Positions 9,519 to 20,138 of a stretch of DNA of 64,000 nucleotides are shown here, in pieces (the first letter of the stretch is position 1; every line of letters starts with the position of its first letter). The DNA lies in NCBI GenBank assembly GCA_034429745.1, contig DAOUFY010000014.1, positions 23,538-87,537 of the forward strand. Reading direction: 5' to 3'. This stretch comes from Anaerolineales bacterium. Its GTDB lineage: Bacteria > Chloroflexota > Anaerolineae > Anaerolineales > DRKV01. Position numbers and translations under genes: made by a program. Under the pieces are notes generated by a model. That model did not search any database. It had not been told where the DNA came from and saw only the letters and a program-made list of their open reading frames with translations.

Positions 9519-11042
9519 ATGACAATAATTTTAGATGGTTCATCTTTGACTATTGATAAGTTAGTACGCATTGCCCGACATGGTGAGCAGGTGAGTCTTC
9601 ACCCGGATAGTCTTGCCCGCATTCAACGCTGCCGCGAGATGTTGGAAGAGAAGATCAATGCTCATGAGATCATGTATGGCGTCAATACCGGCATTGGCGA
9701 ATTTTCAGAAGTGGTGCTTACAGATGAGCAAGTGCAGCAGTTTCAACGCTACTTGATTTACAACCACGCCGCGGGGATTGGTGATCCGGCTCCCTTGGAG
9801 TATGTGCGCGCAGCTATGGCAACCCGCATTAACGTTCATGCTCATGGAAACTCCGGCTGTCGGCCGGAAATTACTTTAACCTTAGTTGAGATGCTGAACA
9901 AGGGAGTAACGCCGGTTGTTTGTCAAAAAGGCTCTGTGGGTGCCTGCGGCGATCTGGCGCCGATGGCTCAATTGGCTTTACTGCTTATGGGTGAGGGAGA
10001 AGCTTATTATCAAGGCGAGCGCATGCCGGGTAAGGTGGCTATGGAAAGGGCAGGAATTCCGATCCCCGGTTTGGCTGCCCGTGACGGTTTAGCGACCATT
10101 AACGGTTCCACTTTGCTTACTTCAATGAGCGCTTTGCATCTCTATGATATGGATCGCTGGCTGCGGCAAGCAGAGATCGCTTGTGCCATGAGTCTTGAAG
10201 CTTTGCTAGCAAATCTCAAACCCTATGACGTGCGCGTGCATGAAGCCCGCGGCTTCGCCGGCGCAATACGCAGTGCAAAGGCAATCATGCAATGCATTGA
10301 AGGCAGCGATTTGCTCAGCGGCAAGATGAAGACAAAAGTCCAAGACGCCTATTCCATGCGTTCTTCTCCGCAAGTGATAGGTGCAGCACGAGATGCTATC
10401 GCCTACGCAAAATCGCAGGTTGAAATTGAGCTGAACGGTGTTGGCGACAACCCGATCTTTTTGCCTGAATACAAGCTGACTCTAACCGGCGCAAATTTTC
10501 AAGGTTCCCCTGTTTCTCTGCCCATGGATATGGCAGGGGCTGCAATAACGATGGTATGTGTGCTTTCTGAACGGCGTCTTAACCGCTTAACGAACCCGGC
10601 ATTGAGTGTAGGATTACCAGCCTTTCTAACCAAAGGCGCGGGCATGTTCTCTGGTTTAATGCTTAGCCAATATACGGCAGATATGCTTATTGTCGAGCAG
10701 CGCATCCTCTCAGCGCCGGCAAGCATTGGCTCTATTCCAGCTGCAGCCGATCAGGAGGATTTCGTCTCGATGGGGATGAATACTGCGATTAAGAATGCCC
10801 AAATTTTAGAAAATGCTTACGGCATCCTAGGCATTGAATTTATGGCGGCTGCCCAAGCACTGGATTTCCGTGAATTTACTCCCGGACGGGGTGTACAAAC
10901 AGCCAAGCAGGTCATTCGCCGTTATGTTCCTCATTTAGATGAAGACCGTCCCTTATATATTGATCACAATCGCATGATGGCGCTCGTAAAATCGGGTGAG
11001 ATCTTGGAAGAGGTGGAAAAAGTCGTCGGCAGCTTAGCTTAA
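9519..11042 (+). CDS. hutH: Histidine ammonia-lyase (MIO-dependent aromatic amino acid lyase family)
   Basis: GSVGACGDLAPM (canonical GSVGASGDLAPL), NHAAG (His83 equivalent) and QEDFVSMG (Glu414 equivalent, which favours HAL over PAL/TAL). 507 aa. Confidence 0.75.
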   Translation: MTIILDGSSLTIDKLVRIARHGEQVSLHPDSLARIQRCREMLEEKINAHEIMYGVNTGIGEFSEVVLTDEQVQQFQRYLIYNHAAGIGDPAPLEYVRAAMATRINVHAHGNSGCRPEITLTLVEMLNKGVTPVVCQKGSVGACGDLAPMAQLALLLMGEGEAYYQGERMPGKVAMERAGIPIPGLAARDGLATINGSTLLTSMSALHLYDMDRWLRQAEIACAMSLEALLANLKPYDVRVHEARGFAGAIRSAKAIMQCIEGSDLLSGKMKTKVQDAYSMRSSPQVIGAARDAIAYAKSQVEIELNGVGDNPIFLPEYKLTLTGANFQGSPVSLPMDMAGAAITMVCVLSERRLNRLTNPALSVGLPAFLTKGAGMFSGLMLSQYTADMLIVEQRILSAPASIGSIPAAADQEDFVSMGMNTAIKNAQILENAYGILGIEFMAAAQALDFREFTPGRGVQTAKQVIRRYVPHLDEDRPLYIDHNRMMALVKSGEILEEVEKVVGSLA

Positions 11043-11055
11043 TTCCATGCAGCAG

Positions 11056-11688
11056 CTAAGCGGCGCTGAGTTTCTGGCATACCTTGCTGAATACAGCTTC
11101 AGCTTTCGCAGTGCCTTCTTGGAGGAGGGCTTCCACAGCTAGCCGTTGCTGTTGGCAGAACTCTTTATCTTCAATGGCAGTTAGATTGATGAACACATTT
11201 AAGCTTGCCCCTTTGATGCCTGCCAAGGCGCATTGGGCAGCTACTCCTCCATCGCTGATGGCATTGATATTGCCAATCTCCACGAGGGGGAGACATAGCT
11301 CAAGAATGGCTGCGCAAGTTTGAGCTGTTTTTAGCGGTGTGAGAGTGGCATTTTTTAAGGCAGTTTGGATGGCAGTTTGGCGTGCTGCTTTTTCTTCCTC
11401 ACTGTCGCGGGGCATGCGGTAGGCTGCCATTACTTTGTCAAATGAAGCGGCATCTGCTTCCATCAGCTGGGTACATTCTATCTGCAGCTGTTCCGCTTGG
11501 GCAAGGATTTGCTTCACTTGTTCCTCAACTTCAGCATACTTTTTCTTACCGATCGTAAGCCGGCACACCATTTGTACTAAGGCGGCGCCCATTGCCCCGC
11601 ACGCAGCTGAAGCAGTACCTCCGCCGGGGGTAGGGGAATCGCTGGATAGCTGCTCTAAGAAAGATTGAATGGGCGAATCATTATTCAT
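11056..11688 (-). CDS. Formimidoyl-tetrahydrofolate cyclodeaminase / cyclodeaminase-cyclohydrolase family protein
   Basis: 210 aa all-helical protein with the N-terminal family hallmark SDSPTPGGGTASAACGAMGAALVQMV. Confidence 0.8.
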   Translation of the reverse strand: MNNDSPIQSFLEQLSSDSPTPGGGTASAACGAMGAALVQMVCRLTIGKKKYAEVEEQVKQILAQAEQLQIECTQLMEADAASFDKVMAAYRMPRDSEEEKAARQTAIQTALKNATLTPLKTAQTCAAILELCLPLVEIGNINAISDGGVAAQCALAGIKGASLNVFINLTAIEDKEFCQQQRLAVEALLQEGTAKAEAVFSKVCQKLSAA

Positions 11689-11716
11689 TATAGCCTCCTC
11701 GTTTAAAGTAAACAGC

Positions 11717-13126
11717 CTAGGTAGATACAGTGTTGCGCCCAGCGGCTTTGGCGCGATACATGGCTTGATCTACGCGATCAAGCAGTGCATCGAGTGTCTT
11801 GTCTTGACTTTGAGCTTCGACCACGCCTATGCTGATCGTGATATGCAAACATTGGTCTCTGCAATAAAATGGGTAAGTGTCAATTAAGCTTCTCAGACGT
11901 TCAGCAGCTTGCAGAGCTTCAGCTAACTCTGTTTGCGGCAGCAGAGCGATAAATTCCTCACCGCCGTAACGTCCAAGTATATCAATATTACGCATGCTAT
12001 GCTTGCATAGCTTACCTAATTCTTTTAACACCTCATCACCAATCAGATGTCCCCATTGATCATTGAGTTTTTTAAATTTGTCAATGTCAAACATAAAAAC
12101 GGAAAGAGGAGCGCCATAGCGCAGAAAGCGTTCAAATTCTAGCTGTGCAATCTCCATAAATGCACGACGGTTGTATAAGCCGCTGAGGTCATCGGTAGTG
12201 GCTAATCGCTGAACCTCAGTAAGCAGTCTTGCATTTTCCATAGTTGCAGAGGCTTGCACCGCAAACATCTCGGCGATATATAGTTCCTGAAACTCAAACG
12301 GTTTTGTGCCATCGGTTAAAATACACATAACACCCAGCAATTGGCTGCTGCTCATTAATGGCATGCTTATGATAGTCATATTGGATGCTGAGGGATTGTC
12401 TGCAAGGAGACCTTCTGCGGTTAAGCTAGCACCTTCTAGAATGATAGTTTCTTTTTTTTGGGCAGCTGTTCCAAGCGGACCTTCCCCAAGCTGAAGAGTC
12501 TTGCCAATTTTGTATCTGCCGCTGGGCACACTCAACGCGATTGTTAAGTTACTATCCTGAAGTTCGTAGCGCGCGGCTAACCCGCTTTCGGCATGAAAGA
12601 TTTCAATCAGGTGCTGGAGCGTAGTTTCCATAATTCTAGAGCACTTGAGTTCGCGGTTGATCTCCAAGCTCATTTGATATAGCGATTGCATTAAATCTAA
12701 CAATTTTTCTAACCGCAAATTTTTCTCCGCTAGCTGACGTTGATAGTGAAAGATGTTGAGATGGGTGTTGATCCGCGCCAGCAATTCCAGTTTTTGCACC
12801 GGCTTGGTGATGTAGTCTGTGGCTCCAACTTCAAAACCGCGCACAATGTGGTGCGGCTGATCCATTACAGTAACAAATATTAAAGGGATAGAGCTTGTTT
12901 GCTTGTTTTCCTTCAGCAAACGGCAGGCTTCGAATCCATCTATTTCCTGCATGTGCACATCCATCAAAATGAGATCGGGTTGAAGCGTAGGAATTTCATC
13001 CAAAGCTTTACGGACTGATTGGAATGAACACACGATATGCCCGGCTTGCTGCAATAGCTGTTCGAGCACTCTAAGAGTCAATGCGTCGTCATCTACAATG
13101 CAAATTTTTGCTTTACTGATGTTCAT
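11717..13126 (-). CDS. Response regulator with REC-GAF-GGDEF architecture (diguanylate cyclase)
   Basis: REC (ICIVDDD.., phospho-acceptor in LILMDVHM), a central GAF-like region, and GGDEF with an intact active site RYGGEEFIALLP. Confidence 0.9.
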   Translation of the reverse strand: MNISKAKICIVDDDALTLRVLEQLLQQAGHIVCSFQSVRKALDEIPTLQPDLILMDVHMQEIDGFEACRLLKENKQTSSIPLIFVTVMDQPHHIVRGFEVGATDYITKPVQKLELLARINTHLNIFHYQRQLAEKNLRLEKLLDLMQSLYQMSLEINRELKCSRIMETTLQHLIEIFHAESGLAARYELQDSNLTIALSVPSGRYKIGKTLQLGEGPLGTAAQKKETIILEGASLTAEGLLADNPSASNMTIISMPLMSSSQLLGVMCILTDGTKPFEFQELYIAEMFAVQASATMENARLLTEVQRLATTDDLSGLYNRRAFMEIAQLEFERFLRYGAPLSVFMFDIDKFKKLNDQWGHLIGDEVLKELGKLCKHSMRNIDILGRYGGEEFIALLPQTELAEALQAAERLRSLIDTYPFYCRDQCLHITISIGVVEAQSQDKTLDALLDRVDQAMYRAKAAGRNTVST

Positions 13127-13180
13127 CCTTTATGTGATTATAACACAGCTCTATGTCTTTGAGTTATGTTGGAAGAATTT

Positions 13181-13562
13181 CCCTCATCCCCGGCCCTTCC
13201 CCCAAGATGGGGGAAGGGAGGAATATCTCTACTGTTCTGCTTGAGGAGATGGGTCAGAGGTGAGGCAAATCTCTCTGCCCTGATCATCGGCGCTTCTCAC
13301 AAGATGGGGAAGGGAAGCAATATTTCTACTGTTCTGCTTGAGGAGATGGGTCAGGGGTGAGGTAAATCTCTTTGCCCTTATCATCGGCGCTTCCCTAAAG
13401 TTGGGGGAAGGGAGCTATATCGTTTCCTTTGTTCAAGGAGAGGAGTCATAGGTGAGGTAAATTCTTTTGCACTCGTCCCGGCACTTCCCTCAAGATGGGG
13501 GATGGGGGCTATATCCCCTCTCATTTAAAAGGAGAGGGGTCAGGGGTGAGGTAAAACCCTCG
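13181..13562. repeat. Tandem array of 4 units (97, 97, 95, 93 bp) of a GC-rich hairpin repeat
   Basis: Units start at 13181, 13278, 13375 and 13470. Units 1 and 2 share a 30-nt identical block (TCTACTGTTCTGCTTGAGGAGATGGGTCAG). Each unit ends in GGTCAGRGGTGAGG(Y)AAA. 10-bp stem CCCTTCCCCC/GGGGGAAGGG at 13194-13218 and 8-bp stem CCCCTCTC/GAGAGGGG at 13515-13539. Confidence 0.9.
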
Positions 13563-14981
13563 TTATACCGGCGGTTGAATGTGAGGCGGCAATGGGGCAG
13601 GAGGGGTATGTTGTTGGCGGGCGGCTTCAAATTCGTCCCGAACCTGAGCCAGCAAATGGGGCTGAGTAAGCAGATCAAAGCCGCTTAATGCCATAATTTT
13701 GGCTGCATGCAGCATGCCTTTATGACCAATTGAAGTACCGACTGCTGCAACGACACCCCAAGTATGCCAAGCCACATGGGTAGGAAAGCAGGCTGTCATC
13801 AGCAGGCTTAAGGGGGCTTTCCAACTTAGATCGCCAACATCGGTGGAGAAGGTATATACAATCCCTTCATCAAAAGAGGGATAATTGTCAGCTGCTAGCG
13901 AGGATTTCTCCAGTATGGAAAGCGGAATGTGAAAACTATCCGCAATTCCTTGGGCTGCATTGGGGGGATAGGCGCGATTGATTTGCTCGGCAAAGGCGTA
14001 TTCTTCAGCAGTAAAGGGAATGCTGCCAATGAGCTGCATGTTGGCATATTGAATGTCAGCGAGGGTTTTGTTGTTCAGCAAGTTTGCCATTACGCCATTG
14101 AGCGTAACGTTCATGCTGGTTTCGGTCATCAGGGCTGCACCTTGAGCGATTTTTTCTACCCGCTGAAATAGATTTTGCATGGTTTCGGGTAAATGGGCGC
14201 GCAAAAAGTACCAGACTTCGGCTTCTGCCGGCACAATATTCGGAGCATCACCGCCTTTGGTAATTACATAGTGAATGCGCACATCAGGTGGGACATGCTC
14301 GCGCAGATAATTAACCCCAACATTCATTAGTTCTACTGCGTCCAAGGCTGAGCGGCCCAAATGCGGGGTTGCGCCGGCGTGGGCAGAAGTACCCTGAAAG
14401 CGGAAGGTTACATCCATGTAGCCAACAATACTCCCCTTGCAGGCAAAATTCACTGATAAGGGGTGAAAGTTGAAGGCAGCGTCCAAATCATCGAAGGCCC
14501 CGGCGCGGGCGATGAAAGATTTGCCACTGCCAGTTTCTTCCGCCGGGCAGCCGTAATAACGAACACAGCCGGCATAATGGTTTTCCTCAAGCCAAGTTTT
14601 TAAGGCGCAAGCTGCGGCCATTGCTCCAACGCCAAGCAGGTTGTGACCGCAGCCGTGTCCAGGTGCACCTTCTTGCAGTGGTCCAGGATATGGCAAGGCC
14701 TTTTGTGAAAGGTTTGCCAGTGCATCATACTCACCAGCGAAGCCAAGAATGGGTTTGCCACTTCCCCATTCTGCACAAAAGGCGGTTTTTAAGCCGCCAA
14801 TTCCCCAAGTAATGTGAAACCCCTCTTCGGCTAAGAAATCTGCCTGAAGTTTGGAAGAATAATATTCTTGATAAGACAATTCTGGGTTTGCCCAAATCTT
14901 ATCCGAAAGTTGAGTAAAGCGCATTGCATTACGCTCGATCCAATGGCAAAGGGCTTGCTTGATCTGGGTGCTTCTATCCAT
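13563..14981 (-). CDS. M20-family amidohydrolase (AbgB / aminobenzoyl-glutamate utilisation protein B-like)
   Basis: 472 aa with a typical M20D layout: ELSYQEY.., metal-site GHGCGHNLLG, GCPAEETGSGK, and the dimerisation-domain FRFQGTSAHAG. Confidence 0.8.
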   Translation of the reverse strand: MDRSTQIKQALCHWIERNAMRFTQLSDKIWANPELSYQEYYSSKLQADFLAEEGFHITWGIGGLKTAFCAEWGSGKPILGFAGEYDALANLSQKALPYPGPLQEGAPGHGCGHNLLGVGAMAAACALKTWLEENHYAGCVRYYGCPAEETGSGKSFIARAGAFDDLDAAFNFHPLSVNFACKGSIVGYMDVTFRFQGTSAHAGATPHLGRSALDAVELMNVGVNYLREHVPPDVRIHYVITKGGDAPNIVPAEAEVWYFLRAHLPETMQNLFQRVEKIAQGAALMTETSMNVTLNGVMANLLNNKTLADIQYANMQLIGSIPFTAEEYAFAEQINRAYPPNAAQGIADSFHIPLSILEKSSLAADNYPSFDEGIVYTFSTDVGDLSWKAPLSLLMTACFPTHVAWHTWGVVAAVGTSIGHKGMLHAAKIMALSGFDLLTQPHLLAQVRDEFEAARQQHTPPAPLPPHIQPPV

Positions 14982-15023
14982 ATCTAAAAACCACTGTTCC
15001 TACGAGTAAATTACCCCTTTATT

Positions 15024-17045
15024 TTACGCTAATTTGAACTGGGCGACAATATGGTTTAAGTTTTCGGCTAATTCCGCAAGAGTCCGAGCTGAGGCGGAAA
15101 CTTCTTCTACCTGAGCGCTCATTTCTTCGGTGGCAGCGGAGACTTCTTCGGCAGCTGCGCTGTTTTCTTCACTTACACTGGCGACACTTTCAATGGATTG
15201 TGTTACCTCTTTAGAGCCGGCTGCCATTTGTTCTGCCGAAGCTGTGCTTTCTTCTACCACAGCGGATACGGTATCTATTGCCGTAGAAAGTTCGCCGGAA
15301 GCAGCGCTCATCTCTTCAGCGGCGGCAGCAGCTTGTTCAGCGCGTTGAGCAAGCGCCTCAGCTTTTGAAAGAATATTTTTCAGTGATTCTCCAGCTATAT
15401 CGGCAGCTTCGACTCCTTGGATGATTTCTTGCTCGCTTTCTGCAGTAGCTCCTGTAGATTCAGCGATGGACTTTTGCACCTCTTTGATAAGATTACCGAT
15501 TTCCTTTGTTGCGGCGGAGGCGCGTTCAGCGAGGCGGCGCACTTCATCTGCCACTACCGCAAAGCCTTTGCCATGCTCGCCGGCGCGGGCGGCCTCAATG
15601 GCGGCATTGAGGGCAAGCAAATTGGTTTGGGCTGCTACATCTTCAATGGTCAAGACGATGTTGCCAATTTCCTCTGAACGCGAGCCCATTTCTCTGACCT
15701 TATCGGCAGCAATGCTTACTTTTTCCTTAACACGCTGCATACCTTGGATGATAACATCAACCGCTTTGGCCCCTTCCATAGCTGCTTGAGAAGCTTCATA
15801 AGCATCCTTTGAAATTGCTTGAGCATTATTAGTTACTTGCTCAATGGCTTTAACCAGTTGGGCATTGATCTGTGATGCAGAGGCAACTGCCTGAGCTTGT
15901 TCCTGCGCACCGCGCGCTACACCATCAATTGCCCGCGACATTTCCTCTAAAGCATGAGCAGTGTGAGTTACCGATTCGGTTTGTTGCTGGGCGCCTTTAG
16001 CCACTTGCTGCACCGTTGTAACGATTTGAGTTGTGGCGCTGCCGGCTTGGCTGGCAGCGGAAGCAAGCTGAGTAGAAGCAGTTCCTACATGTTGAGTTGC
16101 TTCAGCTATTCTAATCACCAATTCTCGCACGCGATGCAACATTGAAGATAAGGCAATGCTCAGGACATCTTTTTCGCTTTTTGGAGTTATGGTTGTGGTT
16201 AAGTCATACTTTGCAATTTTGTCAGCAGCATCTGCTAGTTCTTGCAAATAGTTAACCAACCGATCAAAAGCTTTACCTACTTCGCCTAATTCATCTTTAC
16301 GCAGCCTGACAATATCTTTTGTCTTATTATCCAGGTCTTTTTGAAGATCACCTACTGCAAGACCTTCTGCTGCTTTGACTATGATAGACAATGGCACAGT
16401 AATGTTGTTGGCAAGAACCCACCCAATGATAATACAGAGCAACACTGCCAGAGCGCTGATAATGATAAACAACCGAACAGCGTTATTATAACTTTGGGTG
16501 GATTGAGTGTTCAGCTCGTGAGCTAAATTTCGGTTAAGCTCAACAAGCTCATCAATGGCGTTACCAACGGCTTGCCTTGAATTTGCGGTTTTCCCGCCGG
16601 TGTCCAAACTCTTTTTAGCTGTTGTTTCATCTCCGCTGTCAACGAATTGTAAGGTTTCCTGCAGGTTTTGCTTGTAGGCAGTGTAAGCGTTTTCAAATTT
16701 TGCCAAATATTCCTCTCCTTCTGCCGTGAGTTTGGTTTGTTTATAGAGGGCAAGTTGCTGCTCAATAATTTGCAGTTCACTGTTGATGTCTTTTTCAATG
16801 CCATCACGCTGATTTGGAAAAATCAGATACTTAAAGGCATCTCCTCTGATCTTGTATAGATTTTCATTTACACTATTGAGGTAAACAATGGGTATTAATC
16901 TATCATTATATGTTATATCCAGGTTTTTTTGCGTGGTTGTTAAATTCTGATAGCTAACAAATGCAATGATTATTAGTAGCAATACGGAAATGCCAAAACC
17001 GAGCAAGAGTTTGTTCAACACTTTAAGATCACTTAACGCTTTCAC
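15024..17045 (-). CDS. Methyl-accepting chemotaxis protein (4-helix-bundle sensor, HAMP, MA domain)
   Basis: Two TM helices flank a ~160-aa helical periplasmic domain. HAMP is followed by the conserved hairpin [40 protein letters not shown]. Confidence 0.9.
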   Translation of the reverse strand: MKALSDLKVLNKLLLGFGISVLLLIIIAFVSYQNLTTTQKNLDITYNDRLIPIVYLNSVNENLYKIRGDAFKYLIFPNQRDGIEKDINSELQIIEQQLALYKQTKLTAEGEEYLAKFENAYTAYKQNLQETLQFVDSGDETTAKKSLDTGGKTANSRQAVGNAIDELVELNRNLAHELNTQSTQSYNNAVRLFIIISALAVLLCIIIGWVLANNITVPLSIIVKAAEGLAVGDLQKDLDNKTKDIVRLRKDELGEVGKAFDRLVNYLQELADAADKIAKYDLTTTITPKSEKDVLSIALSSMLHRVRELVIRIAEATQHVGTASTQLASAASQAGSATTQIVTTVQQVAKGAQQQTESVTHTAHALEEMSRAIDGVARGAQEQAQAVASASQINAQLVKAIEQVTNNAQAISKDAYEASQAAMEGAKAVDVIIQGMQRVKEKVSIAADKVREMGSRSEEIGNIVLTIEDVAAQTNLLALNAAIEAARAGEHGKGFAVVADEVRRLAERASAATKEIGNLIKEVQKSIAESTGATAESEQEIIQGVEAADIAGESLKNILSKAEALAQRAEQAAAAAEEMSAASGELSTAIDTVSAVVEESTASAEQMAAGSKEVTQSIESVASVSEENSAAAEEVSAATEEMSAQVEEVSASARTLAELAENLNHIVAQFKLA

Positions 17046-17456
17046 AATTTACCTCCTCTCTTAATGCTTTCATAATATTCCTCCTGTTGAAATAATGAAA
17101 CCTTGACTTTGCTTTTCAGTGGCATTGGATTTCAAATTTATAACCAATTAACAATGCCACCATGTCCATAACTATCATATCATAAAAAACTAAAAAATAT
17201 CAATGAAATATGTCATTTCCGAGTGAATAGTAACTTGCACAACCTGGCTTGCTCTTTAAGTCTTGTAAATTAAAAAAGAGCGATAAACGATTGTGGCGCG
17301 GCATTCAATCGATTCTGGAAATAGCAGACAAGACAAACAGATGTTTTCATGTTCGAAAGACTAGAATTTCTCTTTCATACGTATTATAATTTAGACAGAA
17401 CGTAAGCCTGGAACATCAATTCGTCTCAGCAATTTTTATAAGGAGTGCAATGATTT

Positions 17457-20126
17457 ATGAATCCACAGCTATCCCATAAGGTCCATTTTCGGCATTCTTT
17501 TCAAGCCTCAGTTTTGCTTTTTACACTGCTTCCATCACTTATCCCTTTGGTAGTGGTGAGCGTGTTTGCTTATCTGCAGAGTGAAAGAACAGTGAAAGAT
17601 AATGTTAAAGAGGAGATGGCTGCTCTTTCTTCCATGTATGCTTCCCAACTTGATGGATGGTTGAACGATCGCTTAACGGAGATTACTGCGATTGCGAATA
17701 CATCGGTGTATCGGTCTATGCACCCCGGCGCGATCCGTGATGCCATAAAGGGCTATCAATCCGAACTAGTTCAGTTCCAATCTTTTTTTGTTACAGACAA
17801 CAAGGGAAAAACCATTGTCTCGGCTGACGGCAAAGAATACCAATTGAGCGACCGCGAGTACTGGAAAAAAGCAATCAAAGGTGAGGCAAATATTTCGGAT
17901 CCGATTATATCGCCTTCTACGGGTGAGGTGATCATTATTATCGCTGTACCCATAAGAAGCGAGCAGGGGACAATTCTTGGTGTGGCTGGCGGCGATATCC
18001 ACATAAAAAAATTGGAAGAAATCATCCAATACACTCGCAAGGGCAGCAGCGGCGATAGTTTTCTGGTTAACCAAGAAAAGCAGATGATCACGGCTTCGCG
18101 CTTTGAATCGGAATATAAGGAAAAAGGACTTATCAAAGATCACACATCGCTAGAGCTAGTGGTGGATACGGAAGGAGTGCAGCGCGCTTTAGCAGGGGAA
18201 AGCGGTGTGGCACAGTATCGCAATGTGCTGGGACGCGAAGTGTTTGGGGCTTATGCTCCATTGCATGCCAAGCCATGGGCTTTGCTTATTGAGCAAGATG
18301 CAAATGAGGCGTTAGCTTCAGTCTATGCTTTGCGCAATAGCTTAGTGGTCATTTTGGCTGTGGCAGCGCTGTTGATTGCTTTGATCAGTTTACTGATCTC
18401 GCGTTCTCTATCCAAACTGATGTTAAGCATTTCGCAGCGCGCTAGTCAATTGGCAGTGGGGGATATTGAAATAACGCCGGCAAATCTAGCTATTCTTAAT
18501 ACCATCAGCAAGCGCAAAGATGAATTAGGCATTATAGGGAAAGCTTTTACCCAACTAGTAGCTTACTTTAATGAAATGACGAATACTGCTTTGGCTTTAG
18601 CTGACCGTAATTTGGCAGTGTTTGTTAGCCCTTACAGCGAAAAGGATGTCTTGGGCAATGCTTTTGCCAGCATGGTAACACAGCTACAGAAGGTTATCCG
18701 TGAGGTAAAGGTAGAAGCTGATAGGCTTGCTGATGCTGCTGAGGAGATGAGTCTTTCTGCAGTACAGTCAGAGCAAGCTATTCAACAGATTGCAGCCACC
18801 ATGCAGCAGATGTCGCTTGGCACACAGCAGCAAAATGAGAGCATTACCCATACTGCCGAGTCGGTGGAGCATCTTAACCAAGCTATTGAGGGAGTGGCAA
18901 AAGGGGCTCAAGAACAAGCTAAAGCAGTGGGCGAAGCGGTGCAAGCTGTTCAGCAGCTTGTTCAGATTATTCAGGAAATACGCCAAGGGGTTATTCAGCA
19001 GCAAACCGCAATCGGCGAGCACAAGGAGATTATGGGCAAGCTTTCTGCGGCTGTTGAGCAAACCCGCCAAACAACTGAATCACAAAGCACTTCCTTGCAG
19101 GAAGCGGCTGGGCTGTCTCAGAAGACTGCTGAGTTGGGTGAACAGGTTGGTGCTGCAGCTGAGATTTTGGAAAACGCGAGCCTCCAATCTGCTCAGGCTG
19201 CCCAAGATGGAACTCAGAAAGTACAGCAAACGCTCACCGATATGCAGGACGTACAGCAGGCTACCCAACATCTAACGAAGCGAGTTGCGGAACTTGAGGG
19301 AAATACGACAAAAATTGGTTCTATCATTCAGGTTATTGAAGATATTGCCGGACAAACCAATTTGCTAGCCCTCAATGCCGCCATTGAGGCAGCGCGAGCG
19401 GGGGAGCATGGGCGCGGCTTTGCGGTAGTGGCAGATGAGGTGCGCAAGCTGGCAGAGAAATCGGCTGCAGCTACTCAAGAAATAGCTGAAATTCTTACTC
19501 ATGTTCAGCAAGGGACTGCCTTAGTAACCGAATCAATGCAGTCTGCCGGCGAAAATGTGAACAAAGCATTGCACACTTCTCAAGAAACCGAGCAAGCTTT
19601 TAACCTGATCCTCAACGCTGCTCAAAGCTCCTTACAGCGCGCCCAAGGAATTAGGATGGCAGTAGAAGAACTGAAAAGCGCCCAGCAGCTGCTGCGCGAA
19701 AAGATTGATGGAGTATTGGCAGATGCAGAACACAATCGTCAGGCAGTGGAGCAGATGGCTGGTTTAAATCAGCAGGCAGTGGAACAAAGCGAGCTTGTCA
19801 GCCAAACAGCGGAAGCCAATGCCAAAGCAAGTGAAATAATGGAAAAGGCAAGCGAGGTGGTGGTTGCTCAATTGGATAGCATTTCGGCGATTGTAGAACA
19901 GAATACTGCTGCCACCGAAGAGATGTCTGCCAGCGCGAATGAATTGCGACAAGCAATTGAAAACATCTCCAGCGTAAGTGAGGAAAATTCGGCTTCTATT
20001 GAGGAGGTAAGTGCTTCAGCCGGCGAAACAGCTTCGTATGTCCAGCAGGTCAGCCATATTGCCAAAGAACTTGCTAAAATGGCTGCCGCACTGCAGGAGC
20101 AAACCGATCAGTTTAAGCTGGAATAA
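17457..20126 (+). CDS. Methyl-accepting chemotaxis protein (Cache-type sensor, HAMP, very long MA domain)
   Basis: N-terminal TM, a ~270-aa Cache-like ectodomain (..[26 protein letters not shown]..), a second TM and HAMP. Hairpin [40 protein letters not shown] lies near aa 650 of 889. Confidence 0.9.
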   Translation: MNPQLSHKVHFRHSFQASVLLFTLLPSLIPLVVVSVFAYLQSERTVKDNVKEEMAALSSMYASQLDGWLNDRLTEITAIANTSVYRSMHPGAIRDAIKGYQSELVQFQSFFVTDNKGKTIVSADGKEYQLSDREYWKKAIKGEANISDPIISPSTGEVIIIIAVPIRSEQGTILGVAGGDIHIKKLEEIIQYTRKGSSGDSFLVNQEKQMITASRFESEYKEKGLIKDHTSLELVVDTEGVQRALAGESGVAQYRNVLGREVFGAYAPLHAKPWALLIEQDANEALASVYALRNSLVVILAVAALLIALISLLISRSLSKLMLSISQRASQLAVGDIEITPANLAILNTISKRKDELGIIGKAFTQLVAYFNEMTNTALALADRNLAVFVSPYSEKDVLGNAFASMVTQLQKVIREVKVEADRLADAAEEMSLSAVQSEQAIQQIAATMQQMSLGTQQQNESITHTAESVEHLNQAIEGVAKGAQEQAKAVGEAVQAVQQLVQIIQEIRQGVIQQQTAIGEHKEIMGKLSAAVEQTRQTTESQSTSLQEAAGLSQKTAELGEQVGAAAEILENASLQSAQAAQDGTQKVQQTLTDMQDVQQATQHLTKRVAELEGNTTKIGSIIQVIEDIAGQTNLLALNAAIEAARAGEHGRGFAVVADEVRKLAEKSAAATQEIAEILTHVQQGTALVTESMQSAGENVNKALHTSQETEQAFNLILNAAQSSLQRAQGIRMAVEELKSAQQLLREKIDGVLADAEHNRQAVEQMAGLNQQAVEQSELVSQTAEANAKASEIMEKASEVVVAQLDSISAIVEQNTAATEEMSASANELRQAIENISSVSEENSASIEEVSASAGETASYVQQVSHIAKELAKMAAALQEQTDQFKLE

Positions 20127-20138
20127 GAAAAAGGGAAC

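Noticed and set aside
13181-13562. Possible CRISPR array
   Set aside because: The units are contiguous with no unique spacers. The unit length (~95 bp) is far outside CRISPR repeat size, and no cas genes are in the window.
13166-13688. ORFs in the track at 13166-13360 (+), 13467-13688 (+) and 13490-13678 (-)
   Set aside because: They are read-through translations of the tandem GC-rich repeat (G/R/P-rich, mutually overlapping, no RBS). The third also overlaps the 3' end of the M20 gene. I treat them as non-coding.
15130-15789. Antisense ORFs (72, 86 and 122 aa) inside the first MCP gene
   Set aside because: Ala/Ser/Cys-rich low-complexity translations opposite a GCN-rich heptad-repeat coding region. 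No RBS. This is a typical shadow-ORF artefact of MCP genes.
18768-19275. 161-aa alternative-frame ORF (+) and 100/63-aa antisense ORFs inside the second MCP gene
   Set aside because: Same artefact: biased composition (R/L/K/S-rich) with no start context. The MCP frame carries the conserved signalling-hairpin motif.
20127-20138. Terminators between tightly convergent gene pairs (20127-20138, 11043-11055, 41099-41115)
   Set aside because: The gaps of 12-17 nt contain no stem-loop or T-tract, so no terminator can be supported from sequence. Transcripts may overlap, or termination may occur inside the opposing gene.
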